DNA from: a virus
Virus record (IMG/VR): IMGVR_UViG_3300027733_000049
Location: 1-64,000 of that record
DNA length: 64,000 bases
Direction: 5' to 3' (one strand)
Shown: positions 46,750 to 55,670 of the stretch, in pieces
How positions within the stretch are numbered: the stretch's first letter is position 1
Layout of the letters: each line of letters starts with the position of its first letter
The notes under the pieces: generated by a model
What the model saw: the letters and a program-made list of their open reading frames with translations, nothing else
Database searches by the model: none
Told to the model about the DNA's origin: nothing
Translations under genes and position numbers: made by a program

Positions 46750-47829
46750 TTACTTACGAGCAAACAAGTAATTGTTGTCAGCCGCCCACTTAGCGAATCT
46801 AGGATTCGTTGCCGCAATCGTACGCTTGGGACACATATCGGACATGACGCTACGAGCGAACAAGCCTTGTGCTTCCTTAGACATACGAGGTAAGAACTGC
46901 ATCCAAGCATCCATCGTGGACTTCTCAATGCGCTGTACCGCTTTGGCAATCAACATACAACCCGCAGGGGCAGATGTAGGTACAGTCGCAGTAGTTGGAG
47001 ACTTGATAAGGTCATCCCAGTTAGTCAACTGCGTATCCAACTTAATCATGGTCAACAAGTTGTGCATTGCCTTCTCACCTACTGTACCCTTCAGGGCATG
47101 ACACATCACATCGTCACCCAAGATCATGGTGCGCTTGATAACATCCGATGCTGTCTCTAAAGATCTTGGTGTAACGAACGCCATACGCACATCACGGGGA
47201 TCATTGATGTATGTGTTCTGACGTGGATCTTCGTAGTCCTCGAACGATGCCAACATCTCAGGGAACTCTTGCACAGTCGCAATGACCACAGGGTGAAAGC
47301 CATTGTTGATGCCGTACTGCATAACTTCTTCAGCATTAGGCTTGCCAACACGAACCTGAATCACACGGTTACGAGCATGGGGCGGTACGTTATCACCGAT
47401 ACCTTCTATCGATAAGTTGGTAGTCGCAAACACAATACCATCCAAGTCCCATATACCCAATGAACGCTCTTGCATAAGACGCAGGCAGGCATTGAGTACA
47501 CCGCCCTTGGCTTTGCCGATCTCATCGAGCATCATCACAACCTTCTTACCCTTGAAGTGCAAACCGAATTCCTCATTAGGCACAAAGCGGCACACCTCAA
47601 CACCATCAATGTCCTTGATCTTGGGAACCATGAAGTCACCAACATCTTTGGTAGTGATGTCAACGTAGCAAAAGAAATGATCCTTCAACTCAGGCTTGTT
47701 GCGTAGCATCTTCAGGATAGATGACTTACCAATACCCATCTCACCTTGCGCTAAGACGGTACGCACATCACCAACAGCCGCAATCAAGTCAGCAGTTTGT
47801 GACAGGGACAAAGATTTATACATAGACAT
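46750..47829 (-). CDS. AAA+ ATPase (MoxR-like)
   Basis: Walker A GEMGIGKS, Walker B MMLDE, ATTN, TPRS. Confidence 0.8.
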   Translation of the reverse strand: MSMYKSLSLSQTADLIAAVGDVRTVLAQGEMGIGKSSILKMLRNKPELKDHFFCYVDITTKDVGDFMVPKIKDIDGVEVCRFVPNEEFGLHFKGKKVVMMLDEIGKAKGGVLNACLRLMQERSLGIWDLDGIVFATTNLSIEGIGDNVPPHARNRVIQVRVGKPNAEEVMQYGINNGFHPVVIATVQEFPEMLASFEDYEDPRQNTYINDPRDVRMAFVTPRSLETASDVIKRTMILGDDVMCHALKGTVGEKAMHNLLTMIKLDTQLTNWDDLIKSPTTATVPTSAPAGCMLIAKAVQRIEKSTMDAWMQFLPRMSKEAQGLFARSVMSDMCPKRTIAATNPRFAKWAADNNYLFARK

Positions 47830-47927
47830 GGTTGATTCCTTTCAAAGAATTAAAAAACAACTTACACAATAAAACAACTAACACACAAGGGCAAGTTTCG
47901 TACAGTACGAAACCGCCCACCCATAAC

Positions 47928-48797
47928 TTACAGAGAGAACTTGTCGAGCAACGCATCGACCTTGTTCTTGGTTTGCTCACGCAACATATCTGATTCACGC
48001 AATGACTGTGCATCTACATGACGCATGGTGTCCTCCAACTCCATACGCATGGCTTCCAACTTCAGATCACCACCGATGTTGAAGTGCTTGAGCAACTGAC
48101 ACAACTCAACAGCGTTATCTACAAGCGAGTCACGAAAGATTTTGCGCTTGCCATCTTCGGTATCACCAAGTCGCTCTGACATGGCAGTCAACACACCATG
48201 CAACCTATCCCACGCATCACGCATTGCATCGTTGAGCCGTGATGACAGCACACCTTCGTAATGATCCTGCATCTCACGCAAGCCTTCCTCACCAATGTCT
48301 ACACGAAAGTCACCTGCCATAGGCAATGGTGTAAACGCATATCGAAAGCCGAACTTGCCCACGATCTGATCACGGTGCGGATAGTCCTCACGATTGAATA
48401 GATCACCAAGTTGAAAAGCCGCCGCCGCAACAAGCGTGTCGTACTCATTAAGAAAGTTGTTGACAGATGTTGCGAACTGCGTCTCGTACTCGGACAGCCG
48501 TGACTTGTAGTCAATGAACGATGCCATGTTCAGCACACGATCACCGTTGTCACCCCATGGCTGTGTCACCGTGTAGTGCCATGTACGAATCGCACTCGCA
48601 ACTTTGTTGATCTCCTCCAACTTACCCGAACCTGCTAATAGGTTCTTGTTGTAGTTGCCCGCCCGAGTCTTGGTGCTGTTTTGTTGGTCAACTTCTTCAG
48701 AGACACGCTTGTCCAACTTACGCCCAGTCCATACGGACATAGACAGATTCACGATCAGGGCAGAGCCTGACAACTTAGATACGTTTACTTGTTCCAT
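47928..48797 (-). CDS. DUF3150-like protein
   Basis: L...WTGRK.D, helical body, IFRDSLV; next to the AAA/VWA pair. Confidence 0.55.
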   Translation of the reverse strand: MEQVNVSKLSGSALIVNLSMSVWTGRKLDKRVSEEVDQQNSTKTRAGNYNKNLLAGSGKLEEINKVASAIRTWHYTVTQPWGDNGDRVLNMASFIDYKSRLSEYETQFATSVNNFLNEYDTLVAAAAFQLGDLFNREDYPHRDQIVGKFGFRYAFTPLPMAGDFRVDIGEEGLREMQDHYEGVLSSRLNDAMRDAWDRLHGVLTAMSERLGDTEDGKRKIFRDSLVDNAVELCQLLKHFNIGGDLKLEAMRMELEDTMRHVDAQSLRESDMLREQTKNKVDALLDKFSL

Positions 48798-48891
48798 GAT
48801 ATTTCCCTTTCATGTTTCATTACATTTCAATATGCTTTCGTACCGTACGAAACCACATCACCTTACACACAATACTACCTAACCAACCTAT

Positions 48892-48920
48892 ATTATAACA
48901 GATCAACATAGCTATGTCAA
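48892..48920 (-). promoter_or_regulatory. Consensus sigma70 early promoter
   Basis: TTGACA-17 nt-TATAAT with TGn extension on - strand. Confidence 0.85.
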
Positions 48921-48924
48921 TCTA

Positions 48925-49137
48925 TCACTTACTGGCACGTGATTCAACTTCAGCCCGTGCCTTCTTGCACTCACGCACAAACGTCTCCCGATCCTCATCG
49001 TTGTCGATGAAGTGCGTAATAAATTTGCGTGCGGCATGAACTTCCCGCTTGGCGTCAATCAAGAAACCTGTAACCAGTACAGCCCACCCCAACAACACCA
49101 ACTCAATCAATGTGAACTCAATCATGCTTACCTCCAT
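48925..49137 (-). CDS. Small membrane protein
   Basis: One N-terminal TM segment. Confidence 0.5.
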   Translation of the reverse strand: MEVSMIEFTLIELVLLGWAVLVTGFLIDAKREVHAARKFITHFIDNDEDRETFVRECKKARAEVESRASK

Positions 49138-49242
49138 TTAAGTTGTTACGTATTACCCACCGAGCGTCAATGCGACTAGCAAACCATTTGCTCAATCGTT
49201 GGCACTCGTACCCTTCACACTCATCCTGCAATAACCCGTACG

Positions 49243-49479
49243 TCATTCATCCTCCCATTTAATAACATTGCGTGTTTCATACTCAAACCATTCCTGTTGT
49301 GTGTACGGGAAACGCCCATACTCTTTGCGGAACATAACTGCATCGCAGTCAGGGCATCCCTTCATATACGTCTTGCATGGCTTGACGTCACGAATAAACC
49401 ACATCGTGTTGCTGTCACCCATGAATGGCGGGTTTGCCATGCGTGCCAATATCTTGTGCTTGTTCTTGCGTACTTTCAT
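49243..49479 (-). CDS. Hypothetical protein (CxxC)
   Basis: SD AGGAGG. Confidence 0.5.
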   Translation of the reverse strand: MKVRKNKHKILARMANPPFMGDSNTMWFIRDVKPCKTYMKGCPDCDAVMFRKEYGRFPYTQQEWFEYETRNVIKWEDE

Positions 49480-49482
49480 TTG

Positions 49483-49656
49483 TTAACCTCCTAAGTTCCA
49501 AGATTTAGGGGGTATCTGTTTCAATACCTCCCTTGCGCACTCAATGTCGTGAGACAAGGTTTCAATCATTGACCCCTCTTCTATGTAACTGTCGGCTGAC
49601 TGCATGAGGTTGTTCAACGCTTCACCTAACAGTTCAATCTTTTCTGCATCAGTCAT
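49483..49656 (-). CDS. 57-aa hypothetical protein (absent from ORF track)
   Basis: Hand translation MTDAEKIELLGEALNNL...WNLGG*; SD AAGGAG; fills a gap in the operon. Confidence 0.5.
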   Translation of the reverse strand: MTDAEKIELLGEALNNLMQSADSYIEEGSMIETLSHDIECAREVLKQIPPKSWNLGG

Positions 49657-49889
49657 ATATCACTCCTTAAGTTCTTTTGGTTTGTTTGTTTTAGCGTGAT
49701 ACTTATTGCCGCTTTTGTAACGTACATATATCCGCCCTTTTGATACTCTTGCACCACAGTCCACGACTTGCGCTCTACTTGTGCGGCTTGCTCACCACAC
49801 ATCAAACACAATCGGTAACCATTACCCCACCGTTCGATGTGTATGTCATCACCACATTCACGGCACTCTCTCCAATCAGAATGGAACAT
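49653..49889 (-). CDS. Zn-finger protein (DksA/TraR-like C4 pattern)
   Basis: CRECGDDI..ER...GYRLCLMC. Confidence 0.5.
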   Translation of the reverse strand: MFHSDWRECRECGDDIHIERWGNGYRLCLMCGEQAAQVERKSWTVVQEYQKGGYMYVTKAAISITLKQTNQKNLRSDI

Positions 49890-50250
49890 CTTGCATCTCC
49901 TCTACTACTTTCGTACTGTACGAAATCAAACCCACCGAACCTTCACGCTGTACTACCTGCATATCCTCCAAGCACAACGATGTGGTACGTACACATGGGT
50001 GTAGCTGTGTCTTGTGCTTAGTTGTTGTACGGCTGTACTTGGTGCTGTTCTCGTACCATGTGTCCGACAATGGCTCGTATATAAACAATGGGAAGTTGTA
50101 GCGATACGAATACACGACATACCGTTTCACAATGTCCCGTGTCCCGTCAATGCCTTGCTCGTACCACTCACTAAAGATGTTCGAACCTCTGAACACCTTG
50201 TGTTCTCTTACATACTCCCGAGCATCACGGTTTGCTATGTGCTTAGTCAT
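49876..50250 (-). CDS. Hypothetical early protein (YVVYSY...KYS.TT.KH family)
   Basis: Start refined to MTKHI at 50250. Confidence 0.6.
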   Translation of the reverse strand: MTKHIANRDAREYVREHKVFRGSNIFSEWYEQGIDGTRDIVKRYVVYSYRYNFPLFIYEPLSDTWYENSTKYSRTTTKHKTQLHPCVRTTSLCLEDMQVVQREGSVGLISYSTKVVEEMQDVPF

Positions 50251-50282
50251 TTGTTTCCCCTTTCGTACGGTACGAAACCGCT

Positions 50283-50447
50283 TTACGCATACCATTTATA
50301 AATGCGGTGATACTCATCCACCACATCACCATACCCAAGTGTGAAAAGTAATTGGCACAAGACAACATCCGCTTCCTTGTGCGCTACCTCTACATCAAGG
50401 TCTTTCCCTAATGTCTTTAGCGTTTCGATTGCTTCTTCTCTCGTCAT
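50283..50447 (-). CDS. 54-aa hypothetical protein (H..AD..LC.LL..LGY...KWYA; absent from ORF track)
   Basis: Hand translation; fills a gap in the operon. Confidence 0.55.
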   Translation of the reverse strand: MTREEAIETLKTLGKDLDVEVAHKEADVVLCQLLFTLGYGDVVDEYHRIYKWYA

Positions 50448-50857
50448 TCCTCTACCTCCTGTGGTGTGTATGTCATGTCATAAAAACCTGATGCGTATTG
50501 GCTGTCCTGCTTGCCGAATCGGAAACCTACGTATCTGTACGTACCATCGGGGCGTTTGCTACACGCATAGAAAAACCCTTTCGGATACTGCGATCTGTAC
50601 AGCATGGCGTTCCTCGCCCATTGCGCACGGGTTTGTTCAATCCTTGCGTCTTTCCATTCATCGTAATAACCGCCTGCATACCAGTCGTTGATCTCGTATC
50701 GAGCACGATACAAGTCCCAGTCCTCATACTTGTGGTTTTGCAACCACTCAGGCACAACATCTGCAAGTGCGTTGTACATCTCGTAATCACTCAGCACGAT
50801 GCTGTCAGGGAACTCGCCCATCTGCGCTTCCAATAATGATTTGTATTTCATTTCCAT
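50444..50857 (-). CDS. Hypothetical early protein
   Basis: Coupled ORF. Confidence 0.55.
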   Translation of the reverse strand: MEMKYKSLLEAQMGEFPDSIVLSDYEMYNALADVVPEWLQNHKYEDWDLYRARYEINDWYAGGYYDEWKDARIEQTRAQWARNAMLYRSQYPKGFFYACSKRPDGTYRYVGFRFGKQDSQYASGFYDMTYTPQEVEE

Positions 50858-51030
50858 TCTCCCTTCATTAACTTCTGTTCGTCACGTCTAGCTACTTTCA
50901 ACGCTTTCGTACGGTACGAATCTAGCTTGACATTATTCTGTCGGTCAGAAGTTGTATCGCTGACAAAGCCACACCACAACATCTTGTCACGATGTTTGTT
51001 ATTGATTAACTTGCGTTCGAGCTTGTTCAT
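50848..51030 (-). CDS. Hypothetical early protein
   Basis: SD AAAGGA; contains a palindrome copy. Confidence 0.45.
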   Translation of the reverse strand: MNKLERKLINNKHRDKMLWCGFVSDTTSDRQNNVKLDSYRTKALKVARRDEQKLMKGEWK

Positions 51031-51786
51031 GAGAGTCCTTTCGGTTGGTTGATTGAATAGTGGTCATGACGCCACCGCATAGCACACAACCAAGTGTGCT
51101 ACACGCTATCGTCTCTTACGGGTTAGAGTCAACATAACCCGCTGTCGTAATTGGTAGTTCTGTTGTGACTTGTACGCATGGCTTGAGCATTTGGTTTTTT
51201 ACTAACTGCGATAGTGTTTGTCGTTGCCACATCTCCCGTTCGTACAGTACGAAAGGCTTGGCTTCCTAGTGGTTGTTGGTATGTGTTCGGCATTGTCATA
51301 GGACATACTTCGGGTTTCCCCAAGATTGATAGTCCCGTGTTGTGTATATAGACAACACTCTCACATACATACTCCACGTTAGGGCTGTTGCGTTATTAGC
51401 GCAGAGCAACCCACACATTTAGGCAGTATCTACATTAGCTTGCACATCGCTATCGGTTGTGTTCGGTGCGATACAGCACACTACTAACCTACACCACGAT
51501 GTACTCCGACTGACTACGGAACGCCTATTCACTCCATGTAAGGTGTCATGGGTGAGTACATATCGTGGGCTTCGCAATCCATCCTATACATATACACCTG
51601 TCAACCTGTGGGCTTCTTGCATCAAGCAAGCGGCAGTTTGGTTCGTTGCGGTTACCCCAACTTTCGTACAGTACGAAAGCCAGAGAGGTTGCAACTGGTC
51701 TAGCAGATTTTTAAAGAGCGTGTGGTGTACCACCGACTTTCGTACTGTACGAAAGCGTCATAGGGAAATGTTCCAAATGAGCTTTA

Positions 51787-51815
51787 ATTATACTAGGTTT
51801 ACGCTACTTTGTCAA
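51787..51815 (-). promoter_or_regulatory. Consensus sigma70 early promoter
   Basis: TTGACA-17 nt-TATAAT on - strand. Confidence 0.85.
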
Positions 51816-51856
51816 GCTGTTACTAGTTAGATATGGGGGGTATAACAGCACATTAG

Positions 51857-52448
51857 TTCTGCAATATTCTAGAGGGGAGAATAAAGGTAAGTCGTTGATT
51901 CATAAGGGTTTATTGATGCTTTTTTTTGTTTTATTCTAATATTCTTGGTTTTTGGGGTTAAGCGAGACAATAAGCAAAGGTGAACAAGAACACGAGAAAA
52001 CATCTGTGTGCATACACGTAAGAATGTATAAATACCAAAATAAATTTGGGGTGTATATATATTTATTTAAAGAATAATAGAATAATAGGGGTCAAAACCT
52101 TTGCAAGTGCTTGATTTCATTGAGGTTTGTTTTATTCTCATGCAGAGAATATTGCAGAATAATTAGCGAGTAATACGGCATCGTACTGCCGTTACGTTTC
52201 GTACAGTACGAAAGTTCTAAGTTTCAGCACGTCCCACAAAGAGGTTACAGGTTTCGTACGGTACGAAAGTCAAGCTGGTATAAGTAGTAGTATCTGTAAC
52301 ACTATCTAGTGACACGCAGTACGACCCACAGTAAGGTTACAGGTTTCCGTGGGGTTTCGTACTGTACGAAAGTTTGGTGGGTGTTGAGCGACCCACGATG
52401 TGCATACTGCCCACATCTTGTACGGCACGCGGTAAGGTTACAGGTTTC
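51857..52448. other. Putative replication origin / packaging-control region
   Basis: AT-rich non-coding DNA; nested inverted repeats; two IHF consensus matches (51888, 52104); three AGGTTACAGGTTTC direct repeats; three palindromes. Confidence 0.5.
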
Positions 52449-52462
52449 AAAAGTTTGAGACG

Positions 52463-52496
52463 AAAAAAAACCCCCAACCTTTCGGTCAGGGGTTTT
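52463..52496 (-). terminator. Intrinsic terminator of the 52508..53014 gene
   Basis: A8-CCCC...GGGGTTTT imperfect hairpin; U-tract on the - strand. Confidence 0.6.
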
Positions 52497-52507
52497 GGGA
52501 CTGAAGA

Positions 52508-53014
52508 TTACTTCAGTTTGATGCCAGAGGCTTCAAGGTAAGATTTGATCCCTTCATGCAAGGTATCAAACTCAGCGTTTTCATAACTTGTTTGCAAGTC
52601 ATCCATGAAGCCTTCGAAGTCAGCGTCACGATAAACAGTTGCCAGTTTATCTGCAAACTCTTTTTTGCCTTTGGCGGCATTGGACGTGCCGCCTGCTTTC
52701 TTAGCACGTTGCAAGTTCCAATCGGTGACTGGCTTGCCTGATTCGACCGCCTTTTTAAAGGTGGGCAAATAGGTTTTCTGCGCCGTGCTTTGAGTCAAGC
52801 CTGAAGCCATGCAACCATCGACAAAGGCAGTTGCCAAACCGCAACCAGTACCATCCTTTTTGTAAGTGCCAATCTTTGCCTTGGCTTTATGCAAAGCCAA
52901 GATGTTGTTATTGGCTTCAGTCTTAAAAGCTTCAGCAGATGCCAAAGCTTTATTCATGTTGCCAACAGATGCGCCACAGGCTTGCGCCAAGGATGTCAGG
53001 GAAAGTGCGCTCAT
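52508..53014 (-). CDS. Stand-alone hypothetical protein (168 aa)
   Basis: Start refined to MSALSL after SD AAAGGA; own terminator; palindrome upstream. Confidence 0.65.
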   Translation of the reverse strand: MSALSLTSLAQACGASVGNMNKALASAEAFKTEANNNILALHKAKAKIGTYKKDGTGCGLATAFVDGCMASGLTQSTAQKTYLPTFKKAVESGKPVTDWNLQRAKKAGGTSNAAKGKKEFADKLATVYRDADFEGFMDDLQTSYENAEFDTLHEGIKSYLEASGIKLK

Positions 53015-53406
53015 GATGTTTCCTTTCAAAGAGCATCGGGGGAAACGAACGTCTCCGCAACCGACAACTGAACTGTACCTGAACCATACCAGTTTGCACG
53101 GGATAGCCCTACCCTTACAGCATTTTCGTACTGTACGAAAGTCGATACCCCCACCCCCAAGATATAGGGATTGGTTCCATGGCGAGTATGTGTACTGAGA
53201 ATTGCTCGTTACAACACCATTTTTCAAATCACCCATACATATATACAAACAAAAACACACCCCCCATCTATGTTAGATGTAGTTCAAACATACCTCAACA
53301 TCTTGAGGGGGGTACCCCCATACGAAAACGTCTGTACTTATTAATAAGTACCAACACAAAAACACCCCCCGGTAAGGGGACCCAAAAGGGTAGTCGTAAA
53401 AAAATT

Positions 53407-53435
53407 TTGTATTTTTTAAAATTTGATGGTACAGT
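53407..53435 (+). promoter_or_regulatory. Putative late promoter of the packaging operon
   Basis: TTGTAT-17 nt-TACAGT with TGn extension, preceded by an A-tract. Confidence 0.45.
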
Positions 53436-53467
53436 CGCCCCATTCCCGTTAACCTCGGTGCAAAAAT

Positions 53468-54103
53468 TTGGACGCGATTCTTGTTACACCAGAATTAAAT
53501 GTGCCCCCGCCATCTAAGATGACAAGCGAGGAGATTCACGATTTGCGTGAACGGGCGCAGCGTCTCTTTAATACAGTAGAGTTCTTAGAAGCCAACGGTC
53601 TGGATACATCCAACCTTCAAGTTTCAAGCACAGACAAAAAAGCTGTAAGGGCTGTGTTTACAGACAGTCCTACTGGGGATCCTAAAGACGTTAATACACC
53701 GGCACGTGCCTTGATGCTCAAGGCGTTGTTGGATGAATACGACTTCGATGTGATACGGAACGCACAGCAGCTGCGCTCTTATATAAAGCTTAAGCTGTTG
53801 GAGCTAAGTACATCTAACCAAGAAAAGACACAACTCAAGGCACTGGACATGTTGGGCAAATTGTCGGACGTGGGGGCCTTTGTTGAACGGATCGAAGTCA
53901 ATATAACTCACCGTACAACAGAAGAGTTGGAGAACGAGTTGGCCAGAAAGCTCACTGCATACATGAGTGACATCATTGATGTGGACACAAAAGATGTGTT
54001 AGCCAGTTATGACCCCTTACCAGATGCACCAGCAGTTGAAGTAATTGATCTGGATGCAGAACTGGGTGAAGTTGTCTTGGACGACGAGGGTGTGGATGAC
54101 TGA
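53468..54103 (+). CDS. Putative terminase small subunit
   Basis: Directly upstream of the large terminase; LKALDMLGK..DVGAF.ERIEV. Confidence 0.6.
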   Translation: MDAILVTPELNVPPPSKMTSEEIHDLRERAQRLFNTVEFLEANGLDTSNLQVSSTDKKAVRAVFTDSPTGDPKDVNTPARALMLKALLDEYDFDVIRNAQQLRSYIKLKLLELSTSNQEKTQLKALDMLGKLSDVGAFVERIEVNITHRTTEELENELARKLTAYMSDIIDVDTKDVLASYDPLPDAPAVEVIDLDAELGEVVLDDEGVDD

Positions 54104-55661
54104 GCATCGCAAAATATTTGAAGACCCTGAAGTAATTGAACGGGTAAGGCAGATGACCCCCGTTCAGTTGCAGGCACTGGTCAGAAGGTTCCCAGTTGAT
54201 GAACAGTCAGCGGTCACAGAAATACTAGAAGAACTCAAGACCCGTAAGATTCGCGCAAAAGCACAAGACGACTTCATGGAGTTTGTGGGGGCGGTGTGGC
54301 CGACGTTCATTAATGGGGCGCACCACCGAAGAATGGCCAAGGCGTTTGAAGAAGTTGCCAATGGGACGGTGAAAAGGCTGATCATTAACATGCCACCACG
54401 CCATACCAAGTCAGAATTTGCCTCGTACCTGCTCCCAGCTTGGTTTTTAGGTAAATTTCCGCATAAAAAAGTGATCCAAACGTCCCATACAGCTGAATTG
54501 GCGACTGGATTTGGCCGAAAAGTGCGAAATTTGGTCGATTCTGAGGCTTATAAGCGTATTTTTCCCACAATTGAGCTTCAAACTGACTCAAAAGCTGCGG
54601 GGCGGTGGAACACAAACTTCGGTGGCGACTATTTTGCGATCGGTGTTGGCGGTGCAGTGACTGGTAAGGGCGCTGACGTACTAATAATAGATGACCCGCA
54701 CTCAGAACAAGAGGCCGCGATCGGTGCATACAACCCAGAGGTGTATGACAAGGTGTATGAGTGGTACACGTCCGGTCCTCGGCAACGTCTTCAGCCGGGT
54801 GGGGCGATTGTGATCGTTATGACACGCTGGTCACTGCGTGATTTGACCGCTCAAGTGATAAAAGCAGCCGCCCAAAGGGGTGGTGAAGAGTGGAAAGTCA
54901 TTGAATTTCCGGCAATTTTGCCCAATGAAAAACCACTTTGGCCTGAGTTTTGGCCCTTAGATCAGTTAATTTCACTGCGTGATGAGTTGCCAAGTGGCAA
55001 GTGGATGGCTCAATATCAGCAGCAGCCAACGTCAGAACAAGGCGCGATTGTCAAAAGAGAGTGGTGGAAGTGGTGGGAAGATGATCGTCCGCCGTCATGT
55101 AGTTTTATTATTCAGTCTTGGGACACAGCACATGAGCTTAAGAAGATCAATGACTATTCTGCGGTGACAACGTGGGGGGTATTCTACGACCAAGAGGATC
55201 GAAATCTACCTAATTTGATCCTGTTAAATGCAGCCAAGCGCCGGGTGGAGTTCCCAGAGTTAAAAGCATGGGCGTTTGAAGAATGGGAAGAATGGGACCC
55301 CGATTCGTTCTTGGTTGAGAAAAAAGCGGCAGGTGCGCCACTCATTCAGGAATTTCGAGCAATGGGAATCCCAGTCCAAGAATTCAGTCCCGGCAAGGGA
55401 CAAGACAAGATCACCAGACTAAATGCAGTTGCAGATATATTCAGGTCAGGTAAAGTATGGGCACCGCAGACACGCTGGGCGGAAGAACTCGTGGACGAAG
55501 TTGCGTCTTTTCCATCTGGAGAACATGATGACTTGGTTGACTCGATGACATTAGCGCTCATGCGTTTTAGGCAAGGTGGGTATCTCAAACTTCCAAGTGA
55601 TGAAGAAGACGAGATTCAATGGTTCAAAGGTTACCGCCGTGAGCGGTTTTACACAGTTTAA
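54096..55661 (+). CDS. terL: Terminase large subunit
   Basis: IINMPPRHTKS, GVGGAVTGKGAD.LIIDDP, VMTRW, QSWDTA, VEKKAAG, FP.GEHDDLVDS; start refined. Confidence 0.95.
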   Translation: MTEHRKIFEDPEVIERVRQMTPVQLQALVRRFPVDEQSAVTEILEELKTRKIRAKAQDDFMEFVGAVWPTFINGAHHRRMAKAFEEVANGTVKRLIINMPPRHTKSEFASYLLPAWFLGKFPHKKVIQTSHTAELATGFGRKVRNLVDSEAYKRIFPTIELQTDSKAAGRWNTNFGGDYFAIGVGGAVTGKGADVLIIDDPHSEQEAAIGAYNPEVYDKVYEWYTSGPRQRLQPGGAIVIVMTRWSLRDLTAQVIKAAAQRGGEEWKVIEFPAILPNEKPLWPEFWPLDQLISLRDELPSGKWMAQYQQQPTSEQGAIVKREWWKWWEDDRPPSCSFIIQSWDTAHELKKINDYSAVTTWGVFYDQEDRNLPNLILLNAAKRRVEFPELKAWAFEEWEEWDPDSFLVEKKAAGAPLIQEFRAMGIPVQEFSPGKGQDKITRLNAVADIFRSGKVWAPQTRWAEELVDEVASFPSGEHDDLVDSMTLALMRFRQGGYLKLPSDEEDEIQWFKGYRRERFYTV

Positions 55662-55670
55662 GGAATAGTC

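Larger units (their letters stand above)
39702..53140. repeat. Dispersed 17-bp palindrome TTTCGTACNGTACGAAA, 16 copies
   Basis: Starts at 39702, 44903*, 45452, 46710, 47896, 48836, 49909, 50261, 50905*, 51238*, 51662, 51738, 52197, 52252, 52355, 53124 (* one terminal mismatch). Confidence 0.95.

Noticed and set aside
51662-52371. Clustered palindromes as a CRISPR mini-array
   Set aside because: Repeat is only 17 bp, spacing is irregular (38 to over 400 bp), copies occur inside genes, and there is no cas operon.
52508-53260. 250-aa version of the stand-alone gene
   Set aside because: The first 82 codons cross the palindrome and C-run region and look non-coding; a good SD precedes ATG 53014.
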